A DNA stretch of 25,948 nucleotides from Armatimonadota bacterium. GTDB lineage: Bacteria > Vulcanimicrobiota > JACPDS01 > JBDRKI01. The stretch lies in assembly GCA_043814095.1 (NCBI GenBank), contig JBDRKI010000060.1, positions 1 to 25,948 on the forward strand. Reading direction: 5' to 3'. Numbering within the stretch: the stretch's first letter is position 1; each line of letters starts with the position of its first letter. Below, one piece after another: positions 7,917 through 17,195 of the stretch. Made by a program: the position numbers and the translations under genes. The notes under the pieces were generated by a model that worked only from the letters and a program-made list of their open reading frames with translations, ran no database searches and was not told the origin of the DNA.

Positions 7917-8285
7917 TCAAATTTTATCTGCATTCATTTTTTCAAGAATTTCCTGATTTTTTCTCACCAGAAGCCTTATTCTTCCGAGATTTGCTTTTTC
8001 ATCAAATACTATTATCAAAGAAATATCATTTTTAAAAAAATAAGCGTTGATGCTTAAATCATCAGCGTTTAAGAAAACGTCCTTTAAGGATTTTTTCTTA
8101 AAAAGCGGCTCTATGACGGACGCGGACAAGCTTCCCAGCTCCTTCAATACTTCAGAAACACTTATCGCGCTTAAACCCTGCCGTAGAACGGTGCAGATCT
8201 CTTCTCCTTTAGAATTTGAAACCTGAGCCTGTTTTACGCCGTCTATTTTAGTAAATTCCGTTAAAATTATTTCCAGACTATCCAT
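7917..8285 (-). CDS. Roadblock/LC7 domain protein (MglB-like)
   Basis: 122 aa: LEIILTEFTKIDGVKQAQVSNSKGEEI...LIIVFDEKANLGRIRLLVRK. The C-terminal LxxxFDxxxxLGxxRL pattern is characteristic of MglB-type roadblock proteins. Confidence 0.78.
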   Translation of the reverse strand: MDSLEIILTEFTKIDGVKQAQVSNSKGEEICTVLRQGLSAISVSEVLKELGSLSASVIEPLFKKKSLKDVFLNADDLSINAYFFKNDISLIIVFDEKANLGRIRLLVRKNQEILEKMNADKI

Positions 8286-8313
8286 AAATAACCGTCCGTT
8301 TTTTTATAAATTA

Positions 8314-9210
8314 TTAATCCTGATCTACCGGATTTATATTTACCAGATCTCCTTCTTTTAAGCCCATCTTCTTAATTAATGAATTTGAAAAACCGATATA
8401 CCCGCCAAGCTTTTTACCCGGGGAGGCATGAAGTTTATATGAAGCGCCCTGGCTTGTTTCAACTTCTACAACAAAAGAAGGCTCCTTTATACCCCATTCC
8501 CGTACAATATACTCGTCTATTTTTACAATATCCCCTCTGCCTAAAAAACGGTTTTCTCCTTTTATTATAAGCTGTTTTATCTTATTAAGCTTTACCTGGA
8601 TTTCTTTCTTTTTTTCTTCCAAAACCGAATTTTCTTCCGCATAGAAAGATATTTTTCCGCCGTTAACCGACATCTCGTCTAAAAATACATGTATTTTATC
8701 CGAAGAACACGATATCTGGCCGATTTCCGCGGCAAAATTATCAACTAAAAATTTTCCCTTATCAAATAAGATATATGAAGCCGCGCCCATGGATAAGCTT
8801 TTTAAAAACCCGGTGTATGATTTGTCTTCAATTTCGCTTAAAAGAACCATAAGATCCTTTTTCTGAATGCTGTAATCTTCATAAATTGATTTAAATAAAT
8901 AAATATTTGATAAAACACTGGTGACACTCGGGGTCAGAACATATGTGCTTGCCTTCATCTGTTTTTTTCTTATGCGGTTAAAGAATTTAGACGCAAGACA
9001 GCAATGGTAGGTTTCGCGCTCGCCCTTTATTATCTCTATCGTGTTAATAATTCCGCCATGCAGGAAGAAAAAAACTCCTGCCCCCTCCTGATATTCTAAA
9101 TATAAATAACCGCTGAATCCTTCCTGTTCCAGATTATTAATCATTATATTAATATCCGTATAATCCAGCTTTATGCTTTCAATCAAGGGATTTCCTTTTG
9201 GAAGAAACAT
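8314..9210 (-). CDS. Uncharacterised protein with two DUF2226/DUF4388(PATAN)-like repeats and a small C-terminal beta-barrel-like domain
   Basis: MFLPKG...INNLEQEGFSGYLYLE...GVFFFLHGGI, and a second copy LSEIEDKSYTGFLK...YILFDKGKF. The C-terminus IGFSNSLIKKMGLKEGDLVNI resembles double-psi/AbrB-type barrels. The ORF is secure; the domain names are tentative. Confidence 0.55.
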   Translation of the reverse strand: MFLPKGNPLIESIKLDYTDINIMINNLEQEGFSGYLYLEYQEGAGVFFFLHGGIINTIEIIKGERETYHCCLASKFFNRIRKKQMKASTYVLTPSVTSVLSNIYLFKSIYEDYSIQKKDLMVLLSEIEDKSYTGFLKSLSMGAASYILFDKGKFLVDNFAAEIGQISCSSDKIHVFLDEMSVNGGKISFYAEENSVLEEKKKEIQVKLNKIKQLIIKGENRFLGRGDIVKIDEYIVREWGIKEPSFVVEVETSQGASYKLHASPGKKLGGYIGFSNSLIKKMGLKEGDLVNINPVDQD

Positions 9211-9237
9211 TATTACCTCTTGTATATAAAATGCTTT

Positions 9238-9852
9238 TTATTGAGCGCCGGTACTATCTCCCGGAGATTCACTGCTGCCGGCGTCCTCATCCTCGTCAAT
9301 TTTAATTGTTTTTTTTCTTTCAACTTTGTGTTCTTCTACGGATCTTGCCAGCATGGACTGCCATGGATCTTCCGGAGTATCTTTTTCTGCTGCTTTCTCA
9401 AGCTCGCTCTTGCTTGTGAACTCTATTATATACGGCTCACCACCGGATGAATCATCCGTATTTAAATGATCTTTAATAACCATGGGTTCCGGGTCTTTTT
9501 CTTCCCCGCCGTCAAACTTTTGCTGAGTCTTAATTGTGTCTAAAACCGAAGATTCCACAACTTCCACCTCTCCGATTAATTCTTCTCTTTGCTTGAGCAG
9601 CGTCCTAAAAGGGTCATATTCCTCTTCTTTATCGGCTTTGCTTTCTTCTTTAACCTCCGCACCGGATATGGTTTTCACCGGCTCTTTATTCTCAGGCGCA
9701 GCCGCGGATGCTTCTTCTGCTTTGGACGCTCCTTTTAAAAACCCCAGCTCCCACAATATTAAGGCTACGAATATTACGGAAAAGAAAAAGAGGCTGAATT
9801 TAACCAGATATATGTTTTCAATTAAAATATCCAGCAATTTTTGATCCAACAT
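9238..9852 (-). CDS. Single-pass membrane protein with a long acidic, probably disordered tail
   Basis: One hydrophobic helix (FSLFFFSVIFVALILW), then Glu/Asp-rich sequence. AGGGG RBS. Packed closely between its operon neighbours. Confidence 0.75.
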   Translation of the reverse strand: MLDQKLLDILIENIYLVKFSLFFFSVIFVALILWELGFLKGASKAEEASAAAPENKEPVKTISGAEVKEESKADKEEEYDPFRTLLKQREELIGEVEVVESSVLDTIKTQQKFDGGEEKDPEPMVIKDHLNTDDSSGGEPYIIEFTSKSELEKAAEKDTPEDPWQSMLARSVEEHKVERKKTIKIDEDEDAGSSESPGDSTGAQ

Positions 9853-9863
9853 ATCTATCCCCT

Positions 9864-12800
9864 TTATCTGCTTTTCTTGCCAAGCCGCTCAACTTTCTGA
9901 GCTACATCCTTATATCTTATGTCAATCGCGTAACAATCCTGATAATTCTCAAGAGCTTCTTTATACCTGCCTGTGTCTTCATAAAGCGAGGCCAGATCGT
10001 ATTTAACCTCAATCTGGTCGTCTTCGTCTTCAATTTCATTAATTATCCGTAAATACTGCTTTACGGCCATATCAACAAGCCCGTACTCTTTCAGGTATCC
10101 GGCGATAAGTCTTTTAATTTCCCTTGACCCGTCTTCCCGCGCGCAGTTAAAAAGCAGGAAGATGGCATCTTCATAAAAGGATATGTCGCGGTATAATCCG
10201 GCAACCTGCAAATTTTGTTCACCCGGAGAAAAATTGTCTTTGATGGCCTGCCTGAATTCGCCTATAACTGCGTGCAGGCCGCCCTTAAAGGCCGCTGATT
10301 TAATATAAGAGACGGCGGAATCAAACATGTTCAATTTTATGCAGGCAATAACTAATTTAGTAAGGGAGCCCGGGTCTTCATTAACATATTCTCCCGTCTC
10401 TTCCAGCAGTTCCTTAACTTTTAAGTAATTTTCAGCGTTAAAGTATATATCTGCCAGCTTAAGTTTTACCTGGGGGGTATCTTTTATCTTAACTATCTCT
10501 TTGTAATATTTGTCAATCTTATCATACTGTTTACCGGAAACAAATAACCCTATAATGTCAAAATAAGTATCAATCAGGTTTTCACGGTCATTCAGGGTTA
10601 AATAAACTTCTGCAAGTTTTTTATAGCATTCATATGTCTTATCACTGTAACCGAATTCATTATATAAAGACACAAGCATATTTAAAATGGGCTTTAAGGA
10701 ATCATAGTCTTTATTATTAAAATAATGGGCGCTTAACGGCTCAAGAAGCGCAATCAATGCTTCATTCAAATTTTCATCATACAATAACCTTGATAAATCC
10801 ATTAATTTACCAAGATATCCGGGAGCTGATGAGGAGGAATGCTTAATAAATCCGGCAATCAAAGTTTCCGCTTTTTTTACCATATTCTGCTTCAGCAGGC
10901 CGGAGATTATTTCAAACTCTTCCGAAACGCTCTTTTCCTTATCGCCCAGTTTATCATACCAGTGAGCTCTTCTTGTCCTTAACTCCCAGTACCTGTCAAA
11001 AAAGCCGCCGTCATACAAAAGATCCAGAACCGGCGGGATTATATTCAAAGCCTGCTTGTAATCTCCGTTTTTCTCCAATAGATCCAGCAGCTCATCCATT
11101 ATATTCAGGCCTTCATTTAAAAGATTGTTTTTAATAAATATAACAGCCAGATCTTTTCTTGTTTTGTAATCATCCTGCAAAAGCTCTATAAGTTCGGCGG
11201 CTGCTTTTTCCGCTTTATCATATTTTTGCTCCTCTATCAAATCTCTTATAAGAACCTTATAATTAGCTTTTGCCAAATCCATGTGATTATCGGCAACCAG
11301 CAATTTTATAAGCTCGGCCCTGTACCTTGTCTGCTTGCCGGAGAGCTTCAATACCCGTGTTATCATCTCCACGGCTTTATGATGCATTTTATTTAAAATA
11401 TACATATCTGCCAGAAACATGAAGCAGGACAGAGCCTCTTTAAACATACCGTTTTCCCGCGCGATATCCCCCAGAACATTATACGCGTTAAAATCCTGCG
11501 GATCGATCTTTATTATTTTGCGGCATATTTCAAGCGCGTGTCCGGTGTCTTCATTTTTTAAATCATAATCTAAAATATTTAAAAGCTCCGCTTTTGCTTC
11601 TTTTACCTGATTTCTGTTAAAAAGCACTGACGCTATTCTCTCCCTGACTTCTATATCATCGGGAAAGAAACTTAATATGTTTCTGAATATTTTTTCACTG
11701 GTAATATAATCCTTATTCTCGCATAAAACATCACCCAGATATTTAGACTCTTTAACCGCATCCTCTATCCTTCCGCTGCCGAGATAAAGCTCTACAAGCC
11801 TTTCACGGGCGCTTACATCCATTGGGTTAAGCTGGAGTATTTTCTGGCTGACATTGACAAGGTCTTCTTTTCTGTTCTGAGTGTTAAGCAGTCCGGCGTA
11901 AAGCTTCATGGAATTTAAATCCGAAGGGTCGGCGCTTAAAGCAGATATAATTTCTTTTTCCGCTCTGTCAAACTGATTTTTTTCAAAAAACGAAAGAGCC
12001 AGCTGGTAATGCATGCCGCTCTGTTTCGGGAAATTTTCGTTTAAAATCTCGGATATTTCCTGCGCTTCCTGATCCCGGCCGTCTTTTTTATAAATTTCAA
12101 ACAGCTTGATATAGGCGCTCATTGCTTCTTCTTTATCGCCCTTTTTAAGACATAATTCTCCGAGAATTTTATAAGCTTCGGTGGTGTCCGAACTTATTTC
12201 TATAACTTTCCTGCAGATATTTATTCCTTCATCGGTAAGGTTGCTCTGCATATAACCGGTGGCTAAATTTATAAATATCGGCACTGCTTCGTCTATTTTG
12301 CCTGATTCAATCAAGCGGGCAATAAGTTTATGGCTGGCCGATAAATTAGAAGGATCTCTGTCTAAAATATCTTTGTAAATATTAATCAGTTTTTCCGCTA
12401 TTTCGTGATTTTCCTTATCCATCTCAAGCATTTTTTCATAAAGCAGAATGCTCTTATCTATTAATCCCTCTTTTTCGTACACCGAGACAAGTTCATTTAT
12501 AATATTTAAAGCTTCCTGTTTTTTCCCTGATCTTATTAAGCTTTCGGAAAGACCCGCAAGAGCCTTCTCGTTACCGGAATCAAGAGCCAGTATTTTTCTG
12601 TAGATTTCCGATTCCTTTTCGGAGTTTTCATACTTTTTATAAAACAATACGGCATTATTATAACTTGACAGGGCCTCGTTTTTGCCGCCGCCCGCGGATA
12701 AAATATCTCCCAGAAATTCATAAGCAGGGGCCGACAGGTGCGGCGACAGCCTTATAACTTCCTGAAATTCTCCTACCGCGCTTTTTACGTCGTTCATCTG

Positions 12801-13292
12801 CATATAAATCCTGCCGAGCAGCATGTGAATATCGGCCTCTTCCGGTAGAACCTCCAGTGCTTTTTTGCAAACATCCGCCGCGGCTTCAAAAGACGAAGCC
12901 TGAAAATACATGGAAGCCAGATTAATCACGGCCGGGCTCAAAAAGCTTAATACTGCTCTGCCTATCTCTTCCGGCGAAGAAGTAAGGATTTTCTTATCTA
13001 CAAAACTCAAGTTTGGCGAAGACGGATTAAAGCTTATAATGTCTTTATATACTTTTCCGGCCTCTTCTGTGTTGCCTGAATTCTGAAGAACGGCGGCATA
13101 TTTTATATATCCCTGAACTCCTTCTGAAAATCTTCCGAGCTTAAAGGATAAATTGCCTATATTGCGCATAACAACAGAATTATTGGGCGATATTTTATCC
13201 GCTTCCAAATAAAAACTTAAAGCACCCTCAAAATCATTGTTTACAACAAGTTGATCCGCTTTTTTAATCAACTCTTGAAACTTTTCTTCCAT
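9864..13292 (-). CDS. Giant TPR-repeat protein with an SgmX-like C-terminal end
   Basis: TPR-like helices throughout. Ends VKYDLASLYEDTGRYKEALENYQDCYAIDIRYKDVAQKVERL. The ATG at 13292 (MEEKF) with a GAGGG RBS is preferred over the TTG at 13307. Confidence 0.85.
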   Translation of the reverse strand: MEEKFQELIKKADQLVVNNDFEGALSFYLEADKISPNNSVVMRNIGNLSFKLGRFSEGVQGYIKYAAVLQNSGNTEEAGKVYKDIISFNPSSPNLSFVDKKILTSSPEEIGRAVLSFLSPAVINLASMYFQASSFEAAADVCKKALEVLPEEADIHMLLGRIYMQMNDVKSAVGEFQEVIRLSPHLSAPAYEFLGDILSAGGGKNEALSSYNNAVLFYKKYENSEKESEIYRKILALDSGNEKALAGLSESLIRSGKKQEALNIINELVSVYEKEGLIDKSILLYEKMLEMDKENHEIAEKLINIYKDILDRDPSNLSASHKLIARLIESGKIDEAVPIFINLATGYMQSNLTDEGINICRKVIEISSDTTEAYKILGELCLKKGDKEEAMSAYIKLFEIYKKDGRDQEAQEISEILNENFPKQSGMHYQLALSFFEKNQFDRAEKEIISALSADPSDLNSMKLYAGLLNTQNRKEDLVNVSQKILQLNPMDVSARERLVELYLGSGRIEDAVKESKYLGDVLCENKDYITSEKIFRNILSFFPDDIEVRERIASVLFNRNQVKEAKAELLNILDYDLKNEDTGHALEICRKIIKIDPQDFNAYNVLGDIARENGMFKEALSCFMFLADMYILNKMHHKAVEMITRVLKLSGKQTRYRAELIKLLVADNHMDLAKANYKVLIRDLIEEQKYDKAEKAAAELIELLQDDYKTRKDLAVIFIKNNLLNEGLNIMDELLDLLEKNGDYKQALNIIPPVLDLLYDGGFFDRYWELRTRRAHWYDKLGDKEKSVSEEFEIISGLLKQNMVKKAETLIAGFIKHSSSSAPGYLGKLMDLSRLLYDENLNEALIALLEPLSAHYFNNKDYDSLKPILNMLVSLYNEFGYSDKTYECYKKLAEVYLTLNDRENLIDTYFDIIGLFVSGKQYDKIDKYYKEIVKIKDTPQVKLKLADIYFNAENYLKVKELLEETGEYVNEDPGSLTKLVIACIKLNMFDSAVSYIKSAAFKGGLHAVIGEFRQAIKDNFSPGEQNLQVAGLYRDISFYEDAIFLLFNCAREDGSREIKRLIAGYLKEYGLVDMAVKQYLRIINEIEDEDDQIEVKYDLASLYEDTGRYKEALENYQDCYAIDIRYKDVAQKVERLGKKSR

Positions 13293-13323
13293 TAAATTAT
13301 CCCTCAAAATTGTGCTTTTTACC

Positions 13324-16300
13324 TTATTTATTTCTCTCTTTTAAAGCTTTAATTTTTTCCTTAACGTCTTCATACCCCGGGTATTCCTCTGATACCTGGA
13401 CAAAATAAGATTCGGCTTCTTTATACATCTTATTATCCATATATATCGTTCCGAGATTATACTTGATTTGCAGATAATCTCCCCTGGAGTATCCCTCTAC
13501 GGACAGCGCCTTCTTAAGCTGTCTGACGGCAAGATCAAACATTCCCATACCCTCTTTCTGGCTGAAGCATAAAGCAAGCATATTATACGCCTTTATCAGC
13601 AGCTCCGGACATTTTTTAACATGCTGGAACTGCTCAATCGCGTCATCTAATCTTCCCAGTTCTTTATACATAACGCCCAGATCATACTGGGAGCGGAAAT
13701 CTTCCGGATCGTTTTGTATTTTCTCAATATACTTACCGGTAATTTCTTTTTCCAGAGTTTTAAAAGAGGGATCTATATTTACCAGGACCTTGTAAACTTC
13801 CACCGCTTTTCCGGGATTATTCATTTTCAGGTGAGCGTTGAGCAAATACTGTAAAACTTTAACATCCCCGGGAGATAATCTCGCGGCTTTTTCAAAATTC
13901 AAAACAGCGTCTTGTATGTTTCTGATCTTTTCCAGATAAATCAGCGCCAGATTAAAATAAAAGTCAAAATTTTCGTCATCCAGTTCAATAAGCTTCTTAT
14001 AAATATTTACGACTTCTTCCCAGCGCTTTTTCAAAGATAAGGTTTCTATAAGATGCACTAATTCATTTACCGCTTTTTCTTTCTCTTCTGACAGTATATA
14101 TATACGGGAAAGCTCTTCTCTGGCGGACAGATTATCAGGATCATGATCAATAATCTTTTTATAAATATTCGCGGCGTCTTCGTATCTTTTATCGGCTAAA
14201 CAGGTTTTTATAATGATGTCTGTGTATTTTAAAGCATTTTCCCTGTCGCCTAAATCAAAATATATATCAACCAGTTTATCATAAGCCGGTATAAAGTTTT
14301 CATTAATCCTGACTATTTTTTCCAGATAATCACGCGCCGGTTCTTTTTTGCCGGAAGTCAGCAAAATACCGGCTATCTTAAACAGATTATCAATAGATTC
14401 CTCTGAATCACCGCCGGCAAAAAATTCGCTTAATCTGATACGGGCCGCAAGGTTCTCCGGACTAAGTTTAATAATTTTTTTAAGGATATTTTTCTCCTGA
14501 TCTTCATATTTCATATCACGGTAAACAGCGGCCAGATCCGCATACTGGGCAACGGCTTCGTTAACTTTATTTAAGACACTGTATAAATTACCCAGCTTTT
14601 CTTTTACAGATAAATCGCCGGATTCGGTAAAAACCCTGTTGTATATATCTATGGCTTTATCTATATCCTCTTTCACGGTGTATTCTTCCGCTATATTTTC
14701 AAGATGGAACACGCCTTCCGCTTTGCGGCCGGATTCAAGATACAGCTCAGCCAGCTTCCTTCTTGTTAGAAGATCGTCATCTTCTAACAGGATAATATTC
14801 TGGTAAAGACTGATTAATTCGGGAGTTTTTTTCTGCTTTTTAAAAATATCGGCCAATTGTCTGCTCTCAACCAAAACCTGCTCGGGGGCGCTTTTCCATT
14901 TTAATACATCTAAAATATTTTTTCTGTATTCCGTGTTTTCTTTGTCTTTTTCTTTTAAAGAATATAATATCTCCAGCGCGACATCTAAAAATCCGATTTC
15001 AACATATATAGATGCAAGTTCAAATCTTACGAAATCGTCATCCGGATTAATTTTTAATAATTCTATGCATTTTTCTATCGCCTTGCCCGCCTTGCCTGAT
15101 ACCAGTAACTTGTCTATATTTTCAAGAACTTTTTCTTTTACTTTGGGAGAAAGTTTTCTAGTCTTTATTTCGGCAGCAGCAGGAACAGGAACTGCCTCCT
15201 CTTCCGGAACCTCTTCAATACCGCTAACAGTGACTTCTTCCTCGGGAACAGCGGGTTCTTCTGGTATCTTTTCTTCTACAGGCTCAGGAGATATTTCCGC
15301 TTCTTCTTCAGGAACTTCTTCCTGAACAGTAACCTCTTCAATATCACTTACAATTACTTCTTCTTCAGGAGCAATAACTTCCTCGGAAATCTGTTCAGGA
15401 ACTTCTTCCTGAACAGTAACCTCTTCAATATCACCTACAATTACTTCTTCTTCAGGAGCAATAACTTCTCCGAGTTCCGACGCAGTCTCAACAAACTCAA
15501 TACGCTCTTTCTCTTCGGAAATTACGCTTTCGGCAGGCTCTGCCTTTACTTCTTCCTGCACCATGGCTTCCGGAGGTATAAGTTTGCCCTTTATTAATCC
15601 TGTTTTTCTTCTTATGGCTTCTTCTCGGTCTTGCTTGGATATTAAGCCTGCTTTTATATCTAAACCGGCTTCCGCCCTATCCTTTATGAGTCCGAGAGGA
15701 GTTTTATCTTTTTTGTCTTTTTTAATAAGCCCTGTTTTAATAAGATGTTTGTCAAGCTTTACTTTTATTTCTTCTTTCTTTAACTTCTTAAGCGCCTCTT
15801 CATCCTTTGCTTCTATTAAAATAAAGGGCTCTTCGGTTTTTTCCTCGTCAACACTTATTATTACTTCTTCTTCGGAAGCAATGATCTCTTCCGGAACTTC
15901 TTCTTCCGGAATCTCTTGCTCAGGTATTTTTTCTTCTTCAGGCTCTTCTTCCGGAACTTCTTCAGTACTGCTTATAATTATCTCTTCTTCGGAAGCAATG
16001 ATCTCTTCCGGAATCTCTTCCGGCTCTTTAACTTCAATCTCTTCGGGTTCCGCAGAGGTAAGCGGGGCTCCCAGATTAGTTAATTCCCTGCATGCCACCG
16101 GATTCGTGGGATCCATTACCAGTATTTTTTGATATATTTTAACGGCATTGTCTACATCTCCCAGAATCTGGTAGTTCTGCGCGGCATCTATAAAATTCTT
16201 AACGGAATCTTTAACCTTGCCCTGTTCATGGTAAAGTTCGCCCAGTTTCTCCATGGCCCGTACTTCCTGGTTGTCCAGCGACAGGACTTTTCCAAAAGCA

Positions 16301-17067
16301 AGCACGGCATCTTTATACTGTCCTTTTTTCTGACAGACTTCACCCAGAAGCATAAGGGCTTCAACATTGTTTAAATCTAAACGAAGAACCGATCTAAACT
16401 CAACTTCCGCTTCTTTATACTGTCCAGTATTAATATAGACTTTGCCCAGATCTATCATTATGTCTTTGTCTTCGGGAACAACCAGCTTAAGGCGTTTATA
16501 GGTCTCAATAGATTTATTGGGCAGGCCTTTCTGCAGATAAGCGGAAGCAATTTTCTTATACTGAGCAACCGATTCCTGAATCTGGCCGTAACTTATATAT
16601 ATTTCCGCGAGTTCAGACCCTACTTCAAGGTTCTCCGGCGCCGATTCCTGTGTTTTCTGGAGCAGCATTATTGACTGATCTCCCTGTCCCAGTTCAATAA
16701 GCAACCTTGCCAGCCCGAGCGACTGCCTTATAACTTCCTGCCTGTCGCCCAGTTTCTGATAAAGCAGTATAATCTTCATTCTGACATTGATATTCTCGGG
16801 ATCAAGCTTAAGAATCCACCTGCACACTTCCAGGGCGCGCCTGAGATCTCCTGAAGATTCCATTATATTGATAAGAATAAAATACTGGTTTACGACAAGG
16901 GAAATAAGGCCCCTGACGGCATAAATATCCGCCAGCTTTAAAACAGCCTGTTCGTTATGAGGATCCTGGTCTATTATTTGTTTAAGCTTTTCCTGCGCGG
17001 CGTCAAATTGACCGGTATCATAATCATTCTCCGCCGTGTTTAATAAATCAGATATATTCTCGGGCAT
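13324..17067 (-). CDS. Giant TPR-repeat protein, SgmX-like, with a central Glu-rich repeat linker
   Basis: N-terminal TPR array (~330 aa), an acidic linker of ~300 aa, a second TPR array, and a C-terminal module DPEDFRSQYDLGVMYKELGRLDDAIEQFQ...AYNMLALCF...KYNLGTIY...YPGYEDVKEKI that matches my recollection of the SgmX-family C-terminus. GAGGT RBS. Confidence 0.85.
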   Translation of the reverse strand: MPENISDLLNTAENDYDTGQFDAAQEKLKQIIDQDPHNEQAVLKLADIYAVRGLISLVVNQYFILINIMESSGDLRRALEVCRWILKLDPENINVRMKIILLYQKLGDRQEVIRQSLGLARLLIELGQGDQSIMLLQKTQESAPENLEVGSELAEIYISYGQIQESVAQYKKIASAYLQKGLPNKSIETYKRLKLVVPEDKDIMIDLGKVYINTGQYKEAEVEFRSVLRLDLNNVEALMLLGEVCQKKGQYKDAVLAFGKVLSLDNQEVRAMEKLGELYHEQGKVKDSVKNFIDAAQNYQILGDVDNAVKIYQKILVMDPTNPVACRELTNLGAPLTSAEPEEIEVKEPEEIPEEIIASEEEIIISSTEEVPEEEPEEEKIPEQEIPEEEVPEEIIASEEEVIISVDEEKTEEPFILIEAKDEEALKKLKKEEIKVKLDKHLIKTGLIKKDKKDKTPLGLIKDRAEAGLDIKAGLISKQDREEAIRRKTGLIKGKLIPPEAMVQEEVKAEPAESVISEEKERIEFVETASELGEVIAPEEEVIVGDIEEVTVQEEVPEQISEEVIAPEEEVIVSDIEEVTVQEEVPEEEAEISPEPVEEKIPEEPAVPEEEVTVSGIEEVPEEEAVPVPAAAEIKTRKLSPKVKEKVLENIDKLLVSGKAGKAIEKCIELLKINPDDDFVRFELASIYVEIGFLDVALEILYSLKEKDKENTEYRKNILDVLKWKSAPEQVLVESRQLADIFKKQKKTPELISLYQNIILLEDDDLLTRRKLAELYLESGRKAEGVFHLENIAEEYTVKEDIDKAIDIYNRVFTESGDLSVKEKLGNLYSVLNKVNEAVAQYADLAAVYRDMKYEDQEKNILKKIIKLSPENLAARIRLSEFFAGGDSEESIDNLFKIAGILLTSGKKEPARDYLEKIVRINENFIPAYDKLVDIYFDLGDRENALKYTDIIIKTCLADKRYEDAANIYKKIIDHDPDNLSAREELSRIYILSEEKEKAVNELVHLIETLSLKKRWEEVVNIYKKLIELDDENFDFYFNLALIYLEKIRNIQDAVLNFEKAARLSPGDVKVLQYLLNAHLKMNNPGKAVEVYKVLVNIDPSFKTLEKEITGKYIEKIQNDPEDFRSQYDLGVMYKELGRLDDAIEQFQHVKKCPELLIKAYNMLALCFSQKEGMGMFDLAVRQLKKALSVEGYSRGDYLQIKYNLGTIYMDNKMYKEAESYFVQVSEEYPGYEDVKEKIKALKERNK
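15307..15468 (-). repeat. Intragenic direct repeat, 87-nt period (29 aa)
   Basis: 75-nt copies at 15307-15381 and 15394-15468 with one mismatch. They encode EVIAPEEEVIV(G/S)DIEEVTVQEEVPE. Confidence 0.92.
15855..16020 (-). repeat. Intragenic direct repeat, 117-nt period (39 aa)
   Basis: ttcggaagcaatgatctcttccggaa at 15871 and 15988, encoding PEEIIASEEE(I/V)IIS twice. Confidence 0.85.
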
Positions 17068-17195
17068 TTTACAACCTCATATATGTATAAATACAAAGTA
17101 AAGGACTTAACTGTTTAAAAATTACGTCCAACAATTATATCTTTATAATATATTAGTTATTTATATATTTTTTCCTTTAATATTTTAAAAAAATA

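Noticed and set aside
315-9844. Short alternative-frame or antisense ORFs (e.g. 315-623, 1084-1317, 1553-1834, 2300-2593, 4103-4468, 9536-9844)
   Set aside because: They are shadows of stronger overlapping genes, with no independent RBS or motif support.
14933-16374. Ser-rich + strand ORFs (14933-15325, 15563-16132, 16129-16374)
   Set aside because: These are antisense shadows of the Glu-rich TPR gene (GAA codons read as TTC/TCT).
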